A stretch of DNA of 43,544 bases from Rhizobiales bacterium UBA697 (GTDB lineage Bacteria > Pseudomonadota > Alphaproteobacteria > Rhizobiales > Ancalomicrobiaceae). Positions 19,415-29,914 of the stretch are shown in pieces. The notes under the pieces were generated by a model. The model saw nothing but the letters and a program-made list of their open reading frames with translations. It was not told where the DNA came from and searched no databases. The position numbers were made by a program, and so were the translations under genes. Position 1 is the stretch's first letter; the number at the start of each line of letters is the position of its first letter. The DNA lies in the NCBI GenBank assembly GCA_002298965.1, contig DBMN01000355.1, positions 1-43,544 on the forward strand, written 5' to 3'.

Positions 19415-19666
19415 CGGCGAGGTCTCGCGAGAGTGGAATGGCCGGACGCGGGGAGACGCAACGGGACGCATCACCACTGGAACCTTCGTCGAAGACTAGT
19501 CTTCGTCGAACGCAGGAGCGACGAGGCGCGGAACACCGATCGAAAGATCGACCGGCGGCGCGAATCTCTCGTACGAGTTTCAGTATAGGCGGAGACGAGC
19601 GGACGGCGACCTTTCCCGGCGTCGTTCGACGGGAAAAATGTGGACGGTTCGGCGACCTGTGGATGG

Positions 19667-20173
19667 TCAGTCGAGGGCAGGGGTGACGGCGGCGTCGAGC
19701 CGGGCGGCGAGCGCCTCGATCTCGTCGAGTGCGAAGACCTCTATTCCCGCGTCGCGCAGGGCACGCGCGGCGACGCCCTCGCCGAGCCGCTTCCTGCCGG
19801 AAAAGGTGCCGTCGGCGATCAGTTGCGAGCCGCAGGTGGGGCTGCCGTCGGTCAGGAGCGCGAAGCGAGCGGCGCGGACGCGCGCCATCGACACGGCGAT
19901 GCGGGCACCCTCGCGGAACGCTTCCGTATGATCGCCGCCGGTCGCGTCGCGGATCGCGGCGCGGCCCTCGAGCACGTCGGCCGCGGTCGCCTCGGGCACG
20001 ATCTCGGCGGCGGGGCGCGGCGTCGCCAGGCCGGCCATGGTCTCCGGGCAGAGCGGCACGAGGCGGCCTTCGTTGGCCCACTGCGCCAGGAGCGGGTGAT
20101 GGGCGGTCTTGGCGCCGCCGTCATAACGCACCGGCCAACCGATCAGACAGGCGGAGACGAGGATGCGGTCCAT
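19667..20173 (-). CDS. DUF523 (YbbK / thiouracil desulfidase-like) Fe-S protein
   Basis: ILVSACLIG..VRYDG, CPE, PRP, SPTCG, GEGV. Confidence 0.9.
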   Translation of the reverse strand: MDRILVSACLIGWPVRYDGGAKTAHHPLLAQWANEGRLVPLCPETMAGLATPRPAAEIVPEATAADVLEGRAAIRDATGGDHTEAFREGARIAVSMARVRAARFALLTDGSPTCGSQLIADGTFSGRKRLGEGVAARALRDAGIEVFALDEIEALAARLDAAVTPALD

Positions 20174-20178
20174 GGCCG

Positions 20179-20499
20179 TCAGGCGACGGCGGGGCCGGAA
20201 GGATCGCCGGCGACGAGCGTCTCGCCGAGGTCCGACGTGCCGCCCTCGAGCTTCGCCAGCCGCGCCTCGAGATCGGCGAGGCGATGGGCGAGCGCCTCGT
20301 TCTCCTCGCGCGCCTTGATCGCCATGTCGCGGACGGCTTCGAAGTCCTCGCGCTTGACGAGGTCCATGTCGGCGACGAAGCCCTCGGCGCGCGCCTTGAC
20401 GGCGGCCTCCACTTCCTTGCCGAGCCCCTGCGCCATGCCGGCGGCATCGGTCACGAGCTTGGCGATGTCGTCGAAGATGCGGTTGCCGCTCTGGGTCAC
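20179..20499 (-). CDS. UbiK-family accessory factor
   Basis: MTQ..NRIFDD, MDLVKREDFEAV, C-terminal coiled coil; divergent from lgt. Confidence 0.85.
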   Translation of the reverse strand: MTQSGNRIFDDIAKLVTDAAGMAQGLGKEVEAAVKARAEGFVADMDLVKREDFEAVRDMAIKAREENEALAHRLADLEARLAKLEGGTSDLGETLVAGDPSGPAVA

Positions 20500-20735
20500 G
20501 GGCGTCGCTCCTGATGGTGGGCCGCGAGCCGGCGGGCCCCGGCAGCTGCGATGGTTATGGGGTGGCGTCGGGGCGATCGCAAGGGGCGGTCAGGCCGACG
20601 TCCGTCGTTGCCTGCCGTTCGATCCGAGTGCCCCCTCGACCGTCACGAGGCCGCGACCGTACGGATGTCACCCTCGCCTTGACGCCGTGACGTGCGCACC
20701 GCACTGTCCCCGCGTCCGGCGAACGCGAGATCGAG

Positions 20736-21584
20736 ATGTCCCTTTTCGTCATGCCCTTTCCGGTGATCGATCCGATCGCGGTTCAGATCGGCCCGTTGGC
20801 CATACGCTGGTATGCGCTCGCCTATGTGGTGGGCATCCTGCTCGCCTGGTGGTTCGTCCGCCGCCTGGTCGAGAAGGCGCCGCTGTGGAACGGCGCGCCG
20901 CGGCCGACGCCCGAGAACATCGACGACTTCATCCTCTGGGCGACGCTGGGCATCGTGCTCGGCGGGCGGCTCGGCTACGTCGTCTTCTACAATCCCGCCC
21001 ATTATCTCGCCCATCCCAGCGAGATCTGGCAGGTGTGGGGCGGCGGCATGTCGTTCCACGGCGGATTCCTCGGCGTCGTCTTCGCCATGGCGCTGTTCAC
21101 CCGCGGCAAGGGCTTCCCGCTGCTGACCCTGTTCGATCTCGCCGCCGCTGCGGCGCCGTTCGGGCTGTTCTTCGGCCGCATCGCCAATTTCGTGAACGGC
21201 GAGTTGTGGGGCCGCGCCGCCGACGTGCCCTGGGCGATGGTCTTCCCGCACGGCGGGCCGATCGCGCGCCATCCGAGCCAGCTCTACGAGGCGGCGCTGG
21301 AAGGCGTCGTGCTCTTCGCGGTGATCGCCCATCTGGTGTTCCGCACCCGCCTGCTCGAGAAGCCCGGCGTGATCGCCGGCATCTTCGCCATGGGCTACGG
21401 CCTCGCGCGTTTCACCGTCGAGTATTTCCGCGAGCCGGATGCCCAGCTCGGCTATCTCTTCGGCTTCATCACCATGGGCCAGATCCTGTCGCTGCCGATG
21501 GTGGCGGTGGGGGCGGCCCTGGCGGTCTGGGCGTGGAAGCGCGCGGCGCGGGCACGACCCGTCACGGCCGGGGAGACTTCATGA
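20736..21584 (+). CDS. lgt: Prolipoprotein diacylglyceryl transferase
   Basis: IRWYA, GGRLGY, GGMSFHGG, GRIANFVNGELWGR, HPSQLYE. Confidence 0.97.
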   Translation: MSLFVMPFPVIDPIAVQIGPLAIRWYALAYVVGILLAWWFVRRLVEKAPLWNGAPRPTPENIDDFILWATLGIVLGGRLGYVVFYNPAHYLAHPSEIWQVWGGGMSFHGGFLGVVFAMALFTRGKGFPLLTLFDLAAAAAPFGLFFGRIANFVNGELWGRAADVPWAMVFPHGGPIARHPSQLYEAALEGVVLFAVIAHLVFRTRLLEKPGVIAGIFAMGYGLARFTVEYFREPDAQLGYLFGFITMGQILSLPMVAVGAALAVWAWKRAARARPVTAGETS

Positions 21585-22699
21585 ACGCCACGCCCCTCGA
21601 ACGCCGCATCAAGGCGCGGATCCGGCTCGAGGGTCCGATGTCGGTGTTCGACTTCATGGGGACGTGTCTTTCCGATCCCGAACACGGCTACTACATGGCG
21701 CGCGAACCCTTCGGGGCGGAGGGCGACTTCGTCACCGCGCCGGAAGTGTCGCAGATGTTCGGCGAGGTCATCGGCGCCTTCGTCGTCGAGGCCTGGGAAC
21801 GGCTCGGGCGGCCGGCGCCGTTCCATCTCGTCGAGTTCGGACCCGGCCGTGGCACGCTGATGGCCGATCTCCTGAGGGTCGCGAAGCGTGTGCCGGCCTT
21901 CGTCGCCGCCGCCCGCCTCGGTCTCGTCGAGACCAGCCCGCGGCTCCGGGCCAAGCAGGCGGCGACGCTCGCCGGCGGGCCGCTGGCGCCGGTCTGGTAC
22001 GAGTCCGACGAGGAGATCCCGGCGGGACCGCTGATCGCGGTCGCCAACGAGTTCTTCGACGCCCTGCCGATCCGCCAGTTCGAACGCGACGGCGCGCTCT
22101 GGCGCGAGCGCATGGTCGGGCTGTCGGAAGAGGGGAACCTCGTCTTCGGCCTCGGCCCGACGGCGATCGGCGAGGCCGATCTGCCCGAGCGCCTCGGTCG
22201 CGCCGAGCAGGGCGCGATCGTCGAGGTCTCGCCGGTCGGCGTCGCCATCATGCGGCGGCTGGCGGCGCGGATCGCGACGTCGGGCGGCATGTTGCTCGCC
22301 ATCGACTACGGCTTCGCCGGCCCCGCCTTCGGCGACACGTTCCAGGCGGTGCGCTCGCATTCCCCCGTCGACGTGCTCGATCGGCCGGGCGAGGCGGATC
22401 TGACCGCCCATGTCGACTTCACCGCGCTGGCGGTCGCGGCGCGGGCGGTGGGGGCGAGCATCCACGGCATCGCCGAACAGGGCGACTTCCTCCTCGCCCT
22501 CGGTCTCGCCGAGCGGGCCGGTCGGCTCGGTGCCGACAAGGACGAGGCGACGCGGGCCGACATCGTCGGTCAGGTCGAACGCCTCGTCGGGGCCCAGGAG
22601 ATGGGCTCGCTGTTCAAGGTCCTGGCCGTCAGCCGATCCGGCGTGACGCTGCCGGGCCTCTCTCCCTGGTCCCCCGTCGAGGAGCCCGCGCGCTCGTGA
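21581..22699 (+). CDS. SAM-dependent methyltransferase MidA/NDUFAF7 family
   Basis: GYY, GDFVTAPEVSQMFGE, EFGPGRGTL, NEFFDALP, DLTAHVDF. Confidence 0.93.
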   Translation: MNATPLERRIKARIRLEGPMSVFDFMGTCLSDPEHGYYMAREPFGAEGDFVTAPEVSQMFGEVIGAFVVEAWERLGRPAPFHLVEFGPGRGTLMADLLRVAKRVPAFVAAARLGLVETSPRLRAKQAATLAGGPLAPVWYESDEEIPAGPLIAVANEFFDALPIRQFERDGALWRERMVGLSEEGNLVFGLGPTAIGEADLPERLGRAEQGAIVEVSPVGVAIMRRLAARIATSGGMLLAIDYGFAGPAFGDTFQAVRSHSPVDVLDRPGEADLTAHVDFTALAVAARAVGASIHGIAEQGDFLLALGLAERAGRLGADKDEATRADIVGQVERLVGAQEMGSLFKVLAVSRSGVTLPGLSPWSPVEEPARS

Positions 22700-23469
22700 T
22701 CCGCTCGTCCCTGCTTTCCGAACTTCCCGGCATCGCCCACGGTTTCTTCACCCGCGAGGGCGGCGTCTCCGACGGGCTCTACACCAGTCTCAACGTCGGC
22801 CTCGGCTCGAGCGACGAGCGGGCGCGGGTGCTGGAGAACCGGCGCCGGGTGGCGCTGGCGCTCGGCGTGCCGGGCGAGGCGCTCGCCATGCCCTATCAGG
22901 TCCATTCGCCCGACGTGGCGGTGGTCGAGGAGGTCTGGGCACCGGGCGAGGGGCCGAAGGTCGACGCGGTGGTGACGGCGCGCGAGGGGCTCGCGATCGG
23001 CGTCGCGACCGCCGACTGCGGGCCGATCCTCTTCGCCGATCCGCAAGCGCGGGTGGTGGGGGCGGCGCACGCCGGCTGGCAGGGGGCGTTCAAGGGCGTG
23101 ATCGCGGCGACGGTCGCGGCGATGGAGGGGCTGGGCGCTGCGCGCGGGAACATCGTCGCGGTGCTCGGGCCGACGATCTCGGCTTCGGCCTACGAGGTCG
23201 GGCCGGAATTCGTCGCGCGATTCGTCTCGGCCGATTCGGGTTTCGCGCGGTTCTTCGTGCCGTCGGAGCGGGCGGGGCACGCGATGTTCGACCTTCCGGC
23301 CTTCGTCGCCTTCCGTCTGGAGGAGGCCGGCGTCGGGCGGCGCGGCGATCTCGGCGCCTGCACCTATGCCGACGAGGCGCGGTTCTTCTCCTATCGCCGC
23401 ACCACGCATCGGCGCGAGCCGGACTACGGCCGGCTCGTCTCGGCGATCGCGCTCGCCGCGGCGCCATGA
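22696..23469 (+). CDS. pgeF: PgeF/YfiH family protein
   Basis: HGFFTREGG, QVHS, TADCGP, HAGW, FFSYRR; GTG start overlapping the upstream stop. Confidence 0.92.
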   Translation: MIRSSLLSELPGIAHGFFTREGGVSDGLYTSLNVGLGSSDERARVLENRRRVALALGVPGEALAMPYQVHSPDVAVVEEVWAPGEGPKVDAVVTAREGLAIGVATADCGPILFADPQARVVGAAHAGWQGAFKGVIAATVAAMEGLGAARGNIVAVLGPTISASAYEVGPEFVARFVSADSGFARFFVPSERAGHAMFDLPAFVAFRLEEAGVGRRGDLGACTYADEARFFSYRRTTHRREPDYGRLVSAIALAAAP

Positions 23470-23540
23470 TTTCTGGACCGCCGGGCGGTTTCCGGCTAGA
23501 CAGACCCGCAAGTCCACTCTCGGCGACGAGGCAGCGCGCG

Positions 23541-24080
23541 ATGCATTCCAACGGTCCCATCGATCCTTCGAAGCGCCGCACGCTCGCGCGCGTCGCGACC
23601 GTCGTGCTCGGGGTCTCGGCGCTCGCCGGCTGCATGGGCGAGCAGGCGCTCGAGGATGCCGGCGCGACGTTGTCGGGTCGCATCCGACTGGCGCCGCTGC
23701 GCGAGCCGCCGCCCGCGGGCAAGCCGACCGTCCAGTTCCTGCCGATCTCGGGCACGCCGGTGACGATCGCCGACGCCATCTATCGCGGCATCCGCAACGA
23801 GGCGCCGCAGGCCGGCATCACGCTGGTGCATCGGCTCGAAGAGCCGGCGACCTGGCGCGTGCAGGGCCATCTGGTGGCGCTCGGCCATGCCACCGCCTCG
23901 ACCATCATCTTCACCTGGGACGTCTACGACGCCAAGGGCAACCCGGTATACCGCATCACCGGCCAGGAAGTCTCGAGCGGCATCGAGGGCGACCCGTGGG
24001 GCGCGGTCGATGCCGCGGTGCAGACGCGGCTGGCCGTGCGGGCCGTGCGCGGACTGCAGAGCTGGCTCAACCGGTCCTGA
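23541..24080 (+). CDS. Hypothetical lipoprotein
   Basis: SKRRTL, hydrophobic core, LAGC lipobox; alternative start 23466. Confidence 0.7.
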   Translation: MHSNGPIDPSKRRTLARVATVVLGVSALAGCMGEQALEDAGATLSGRIRLAPLREPPPAGKPTVQFLPISGTPVTIADAIYRGIRNEAPQAGITLVHRLEEPATWRVQGHLVALGHATASTIIFTWDVYDAKGNPVYRITGQEVSSGIEGDPWGAVDAAVQTRLAVRAVRGLQSWLNRS

Positions 24081-24225
24081 TGCCGAGATCCGACGATCGG
24101 GCGGTTTACGACGGCGGACAAAGCCGTTAAAAGGCCGGCCATTCCCGTCCATGGCGCGCGCCCGCGCCGACTTCACGAGACACGCGACCCGAGTCGCGAT
24201 CGTCTCCTCCGTCGAGAGGCATCGG

Positions 24226-25158
<933 letters not shown>

Positions 25159-25185
25159 TCCGATCGTCCCATATCCGACGTATCG

Positions 25186-25217
25186 AACCCGCGGCCGGCA
25201 TCGGTCGCGGGTTTTTT
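25186..25217 (+). terminator. prs terminator
   Basis: AACCCGCGGCCG-GCAT-CGGTCGCGGGTT plus T-tract. Confidence 0.8.
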
Positions 25218-25289
25218 CGTCGGCCGCGCGGCGTCTTTCCGCCGCCGCAAATCCGCGCGACGATCGGGCGTCATCGGAAGGAGACCGAC

Positions 25290-25988
25290 ATGGCGAGCGA
25301 AACGGGCATGGCGAGCGAAGCGGGCATCGACGTCACCGCGCGCGCCGAGGCGGCGCTTCTGGAACTCGTCGCGGAACGACCGTTCCGGACGATCGGGCTC
25401 TCGGCCGTCGCCGAGCGGGCGGGCGTGGCGCTCGCCGATCTCCGGCAGGCCTGGGACGGGCCGCTCGACGGTCTCTCCGGCTTCGCCCGGCGGATCGACA
25501 CGGGCGTGCTCGCCGGCGACGATCCGGGCATGAAGGGCGAACCCACCAAGGACCGGCTCTTCGACGTGCTGATGCGCCGCTTCGACCTGCTGGCGCCCCA
25601 TCGCGCCGGGCTGAAGGGGCTCGAGCGCTCGGCGCGGCGCGATCCGGTGCTGGCGCTGCATCTCTCGCGTCTGGTGGTCGGCTCGCAGGCCTGGATGCTC
25701 GAGGCGGCGGGCGTGTCGGCGGCGGGACCGCGCGGTGCGCTCCGGGCCCTCGGGCTCGCAGCCGGGCTCTCGCGGGTGGTGCCGGTGTTCCTCGCCGAGG
25801 ACGAATCGGGTCTGCCCAAGACCATGGCGGCGCTCGACACGACGCTCGATCGGCTGAGCGGTCTCGCTCATCGGGTACGCGGCTTCGAGGCGCGGCTCGG
25901 GCGCATCCTGTGCCGCCGTTCCTGCGACAAGCCGGAGGCGAAGACGACCGCCGAGCCGAGCATGGCGGCGGCCGATCCGTCGATCTGA
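25290..25988 (+). CDS. TetR/AcrR-like protein
   Basis: HTH-like IGLSAVAERAGV, DRLFDVLMRRF, TMAALD; AAGGAG RBS. Confidence 0.8.
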   Translation: MASETGMASEAGIDVTARAEAALLELVAERPFRTIGLSAVAERAGVALADLRQAWDGPLDGLSGFARRIDTGVLAGDDPGMKGEPTKDRLFDVLMRRFDLLAPHRAGLKGLERSARRDPVLALHLSRLVVGSQAWMLEAAGVSAAGPRGALRALGLAAGLSRVVPVFLAEDESGLPKTMAALDTTLDRLSGLAHRVRGFEARLGRILCRRSCDKPEAKTTAEPSMAAADPSI

Positions 25989-27386
25989 TCAACCCGGAAT
26001 GCGGACGACGGCGCGCAGACCGCCGAGCGGGCTCTCGTCGAGGGTGATGTCGCCGCCGTGGCTGCGGGCGATGTCGCGCGAGATGGCGAGGCCGAGGCCG
26101 GTGCCGCCCTCGTCCTGGTTGCGCGCCTCGTCGAGCCGGTAGAACGGGCGGAAGACGTTCTCGCGTTCGGCCTCGGGCACGCCGGGGCCGTCGTCGTCGA
26201 CGGTGACGGTCAGCCAGCCGTCGGCATGGCTGCCGGAGAGCTCGACGCGGTCGGCGTGGCGCAGCGCGTTGCCGACGAGATTGCCGAGCAGGCGCTTGAA
26301 GGCGTTGGGGCGCAAGACGATCTCCGGATCGCCGCGGAACAGGATCGCGATCTCGAAGCCGGCGCGTTCGGCGTCCATGGCGATAGCCGCCATCATCTCC
26401 GCCATGTCGGTCGGCGCCGCCTCTTCCTCGCCCTCGCCGCGGGCGAAGGCGAGATAGGCCTCGAGCATCGCCTGCATCTCGTCGGTGTCGACCTCGAGCG
26501 CCTCGCGGTCGGGGCCTTCGGGCAGCAGCGCGAGCTGGAGGCGGAAGCGGGTCAGCACGGTGCGCAGGTCGTGGCTGACGCCGGCGAGCATGGCGGTGCG
26601 CTGTTCGATCTGACGTTCGATGCGCGAGCGCATCAGCGCGAAGGCCTCGCCGGCGCGGCGGACCTCGCGAGCGCCGCTCGGCTTGAACTCGCCGACGGCG
26701 CGGCCCTTGCCGAAGCTCTCGGCGGCGTCGGCGAGGCGCTGGATCGGCCGGATCTGGTTGCGCAGGAAGAGAATGGCGATGGCCAGCAGCACCAGCGACG
26801 CCGACACCATCCAGACGAGGAAGATGTGCGAGTTCGAGGCATAGGCCTGCGAACGGCGGGCGATGACGCGCAGCACGCCCGACTTCAGCACGATGCGGAT
26901 CTCGACGAGATCGGAATTGCCGACCGTGTCGATCCAGAAGGGGCGGCCGACGCGGGTGGCGATCTCGTCGGAGAGCGCGTTGTCGAGCAGCGAGAAGAAG
27001 GGCCGCGGCATCGGCGGCGGCAGGGTCGAGCCGGGCAGGACCGAGACCTGGAAGCCGAGGTCGCGTTCGGCGATGCGGCCGATCTGGCGCCAGTCGGGAT
27101 CCTGCGGCCAGGTGTCGATCACCTCGATGACGGCGGCGACGTCGCGGGCGAGCGCCTCGGACAGGCGGCCGGTGACGAGGCGCCAGTGGCGCTCCATGAA
27201 GACATAGGCGACGACCGACTGCAGGATCAGCACCGGCAGGATGACGATCAGCAGCGAGCGGGCATAGAGGCCCTTGGGCAGGTGATCGGCGATGCGACGG
27301 GCGAAGCGGCGCCAGGCGAGGCGGATGCGCACCAGCGGCGCGTCGCGCAGGAGACCGATGCGCGGACCGTCGTCGTCGAGACTCAT
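25989..27386 (-). CDS. EnvZ-like sensor histidine kinase
   Basis: 2 TM, HAMP, SHDLRT H-box, NALRH, DDDGPG, GTGLGL. Confidence 0.94.
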   Translation of the reverse strand: MSLDDDGPRIGLLRDAPLVRIRLAWRRFARRIADHLPKGLYARSLLIVILPVLILQSVVAYVFMERHWRLVTGRLSEALARDVAAVIEVIDTWPQDPDWRQIGRIAERDLGFQVSVLPGSTLPPPMPRPFFSLLDNALSDEIATRVGRPFWIDTVGNSDLVEIRIVLKSGVLRVIARRSQAYASNSHIFLVWMVSASLVLLAIAILFLRNQIRPIQRLADAAESFGKGRAVGEFKPSGAREVRRAGEAFALMRSRIERQIEQRTAMLAGVSHDLRTVLTRFRLQLALLPEGPDREALEVDTDEMQAMLEAYLAFARGEGEEEAAPTDMAEMMAAIAMDAERAGFEIAILFRGDPEIVLRPNAFKRLLGNLVGNALRHADRVELSGSHADGWLTVTVDDDGPGVPEAERENVFRPFYRLDEARNQDEGGTGLGLAISRDIARSHGGDITLDESPLGGLRAVVRIPG

Positions 27387-28111
27387 GGGGCGGCCTGATC
27401 GGTCTTGAGGCGATAGCCCTGGCCGCGGACGGTGACGAGATGGATCGGATTGGCCGGATCGGTCTCGATCTTGCGGCGCAGGCGATTGATCTGGACGTCG
27501 GCGGTGCGGTCGCCGAGCGCGCTCTCGCCCTGGACGATCTCGTGGCGCGGGATGATCTCGCCCGAGCGGTCGGCGAACATGCGCATCAGCCGGAGTTCGC
27601 CGTCGGTCAGGCGGACGATCTCGTCGCCACGGCGCAGCTCGTCGCGGTCGCCGTCCCAGACGAAGGGGCCGAAGCGCAGTTCGTGTGCCCGCGCCTTCGG
27701 CGCCGGGCCGCCGCGCTTGAGGATGTTGTTCAGCCGCAGCAGCAGCTCGCGCGGATCGAAGGGCTTGGCGAGATAGTCGTCGGCGCCGAGTTCGAGGCCG
27801 CGAATGCGGCTCTCGGTCTCCGAACGCGCGGTCAGCATCAGGATCGGCACGCTCGATCCGGACCGCACCCGGCGGGTGAAGTCCATGCCGTTCTCGCCCG
27901 GCATCATGACGTCGACCACCAGCAGGTCGAAGTCCATGATCGCCATCTTCTTGCCGGCCTCCTCGGCCGACTGGGCGGCGGTGACGCGGAAGCCGTTTTC
28001 GGCGAGGAAGCGCGAGATCAGGGTGCGGATGCGGCTGTCGTCGTCGACGACCAGCAGATGGGGCGCCTCGTCGGCGGGGATCGGGGCTTCGACCGCGTCG
28101 ATCGTGTTCAT
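27383..28111 (-). CDS. OmpR-family response regulator (PetR-like)
   Basis: VVDDD, DVMMPG, GADDYLAKPF, winged helix with INRLRRKIE...TVRGQGY. Confidence 0.94.
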   Translation of the reverse strand: MNTIDAVEAPIPADEAPHLLVVDDDSRIRTLISRFLAENGFRVTAAQSAEEAGKKMAIMDFDLLVVDVMMPGENGMDFTRRVRSGSSVPILMLTARSETESRIRGLELGADDYLAKPFDPRELLLRLNNILKRGGPAPKARAHELRFGPFVWDGDRDELRRGDEIVRLTDGELRLMRMFADRSGEIIPRHEIVQGESALGDRTADVQINRLRRKIETDPANPIHLVTVRGQGYRLKTDQAAP

Positions 28112-28701
28112 GGCGTCTCGTCCAGCGGCGGAGGGGCGGGCCGATTGGTGTAGCGGCTGACGCGCGGGCGCTCGTCGGCGTCGATCATCAGGCGCAGGAA
28201 CTCGCGGGCACGCGCCGCGCCGTCGGGGCCGAGCGCCTGGAAGGCGGCGGCGATCCGGCCGATCTGCGGCAGCGACAGCGATCGGGCGAGGGCGCGGCCC
28301 TTGTCGGTGGCGTAGAGCAGTCGCTGGCGGCGGTCGGTCGAGCCGGTGCGGCTCTCGATGTGGCCGGTCTCGACCAGTTCCTTCAGCACGCGGGCGAGCG
28401 ACTGTTTGGTGATCTTGAGGATGTCCAGCAGTTCGGCGACCGAGAGGCCGGGGTTGCGATCGACGAAGTGGAGCACCCGGTGGTGCGCCCGGCCGAAGCC
28501 GTAGCGGGAGAGAATCGCGTCCGGGTCGGCGACGAAGTCGCGATAGGCGAAGAAGAACAGCTCGAGCATCTCGAGGAAGGCCGACGACGGCGTGTCGCCG
28601 CGTGCGGGTGCGGCGCGCGGGGCGGCGCGGGGAGCGGCCGGACGGCGCGGGGCGGCATCGGGCCCGGCGGGTGTCGCGGCTTCGAGGGTATCGTCGACCA
28701 T
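28108..28701 (-). CDS. MarR-family regulator (PetP-like)
   Basis: ELFFFAYRDF..DPD, GRAHHR, LKITKQSLARVL, DRRQRLL. Confidence 0.9.
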   Translation of the reverse strand: MVDDTLEAATPAGPDAAPRRPAAPRAAPRAAPARGDTPSSAFLEMLELFFFAYRDFVADPDAILSRYGFGRAHHRVLHFVDRNPGLSVAELLDILKITKQSLARVLKELVETGHIESRTGSTDRRQRLLYATDKGRALARSLSLPQIGRIAAAFQALGPDGAARAREFLRLMIDADERPRVSRYTNRPAPPPLDETP

Positions 28702-28885
28702 CTCGCGTCTTCGGGTTCGGCGCGGCGGGAGGGCCGCGCGAGCGACCGAAGATAGCCCGAAGAGGGCGCGCAAGGCAAAAGCCGCGCGCGCATTCGTGAT
28801 GCCTCACCCTTGCATCGGCGCGCGTTTCGGGGGAAACCCCTTCGACGTCATTCGGCCGGATGCACGGCCCCAAGGGAGGAAAGTC

Positions 28886-29758
28886 ATGGCGCTCACCTTC
28901 GACGACCGCGACGGCGTGATCTGGTTCGACGGCGAATTCGTCGACTGGCGCGATGCCAAGGTCCATGTGCTGACCCACGGTCTGCACTACGGCTCCTGCG
29001 TCTTCGAGGGCCAGCGCGCCTATGGCGGCGTGGTCTACAAGCAGCGCGAACACCACGAGCGCCTGCATGCCTCCGCCAACATCCTCGGCTTCGACATTCC
29101 CTACTCCGTCGAGACGCTCGACGCCGCCTGCGAGGAAGTGCTGCGCCGGATGAACTTCCGTGACGCCTACGTGCGGCCCGTCGCCTGGCGCGGTTCGGAG
29201 ATGATGGGCGTTTCCGCCCAGCAGAACACGATCCACGTCGCCATCGCCGCCTGGGAGTGGCCGAGCTACTTCAAGCCGGAAGAGCGGATGAAGGGCATCC
29301 GCATCGATCTCGCCGACTATCGCCGTCCCGACCCGCGCACCGCGCCGTCGAAGTCGAAGGCGGCCGGCCTCTACATGATCTGCACCATCTCCAAACACGC
29401 GGCCGAGAAGAAGGGCTATGCCGACGCCCTGATGCTCGACTGGGAGGGCTTCGTCGCCGAGGCGACCGGCGCCAACGTGTTCTTCGTGAAGGACGGCAAG
29501 ATCCACACGCCGCTGGCCGACCGCTTCCTCGACGGCATCACCCGTCGCACGGTGATCGGTCTCGCCAAGGCGCGCGGCATCGAGGTGATCGAGCGGCGCA
29601 TCCTGCCGGAAGAGATGGAAGGCTTCACCGAGTGCTTCCTCACCGGCACCGCGGCGGAAGTGACGCCGGTCTCCGAGATCGCTCAATTCCGCTTCACGCC
29701 CGGTGCGATCTCGCTCGGCCTGCTCGAGGCCTACATGGCGGAAGTGCAGCCGAAGTGA
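28886..29758 (+). CDS. ilvE: Branched-chain amino acid aminotransferase
   Basis: LHYGSCVFEG, YVRP, KAAGLY, EATGAN, LDGITR, GTAAEV; GGAGG RBS. Confidence 0.96.
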   Translation: MALTFDDRDGVIWFDGEFVDWRDAKVHVLTHGLHYGSCVFEGQRAYGGVVYKQREHHERLHASANILGFDIPYSVETLDAACEEVLRRMNFRDAYVRPVAWRGSEMMGVSAQQNTIHVAIAAWEWPSYFKPEERMKGIRIDLADYRRPDPRTAPSKSKAAGLYMICTISKHAAEKKGYADALMLDWEGFVAEATGANVFFVKDGKIHTPLADRFLDGITRRTVIGLAKARGIEVIERRILPEEMEGFTECFLTGTAAEVTPVSEIAQFRFTPGAISLGLLEAYMAEVQPK

Positions 29759-29789
29759 TCAGGCCCGCCTCGGCGGGACGAGATGCGGG

Positions 29790-29826
29790 ACGGCTCCGTT
29801 CGAAAGGACGGGGCCGTTTCTTTTTT
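29790..29826 (+). terminator. ilvE terminator
   Basis: ACGGCTCCGTTC-GAAA-GGACGGGGCCGT plus TTCTTTTTT. Confidence 0.8.
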
Positions 29827-29914
29827 CGGGCCGGCCTCGGCGTTGTGCCTGCGGCGACGTGTCGGCTGGCGGGCACCCCTCGTTCGCCGTGAGATCTCCG
29901 CGCCTGGAGGTCTC

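Noticed and set aside
19640..21580. Apparent 1019-aa ORF extending the MidA-like methyltransferase
   Set aside because: The upstream part overlaps DUF523, ubiK and lgt; the real start is ATG 21581, overlapping the lgt stop with a GGAG RBS
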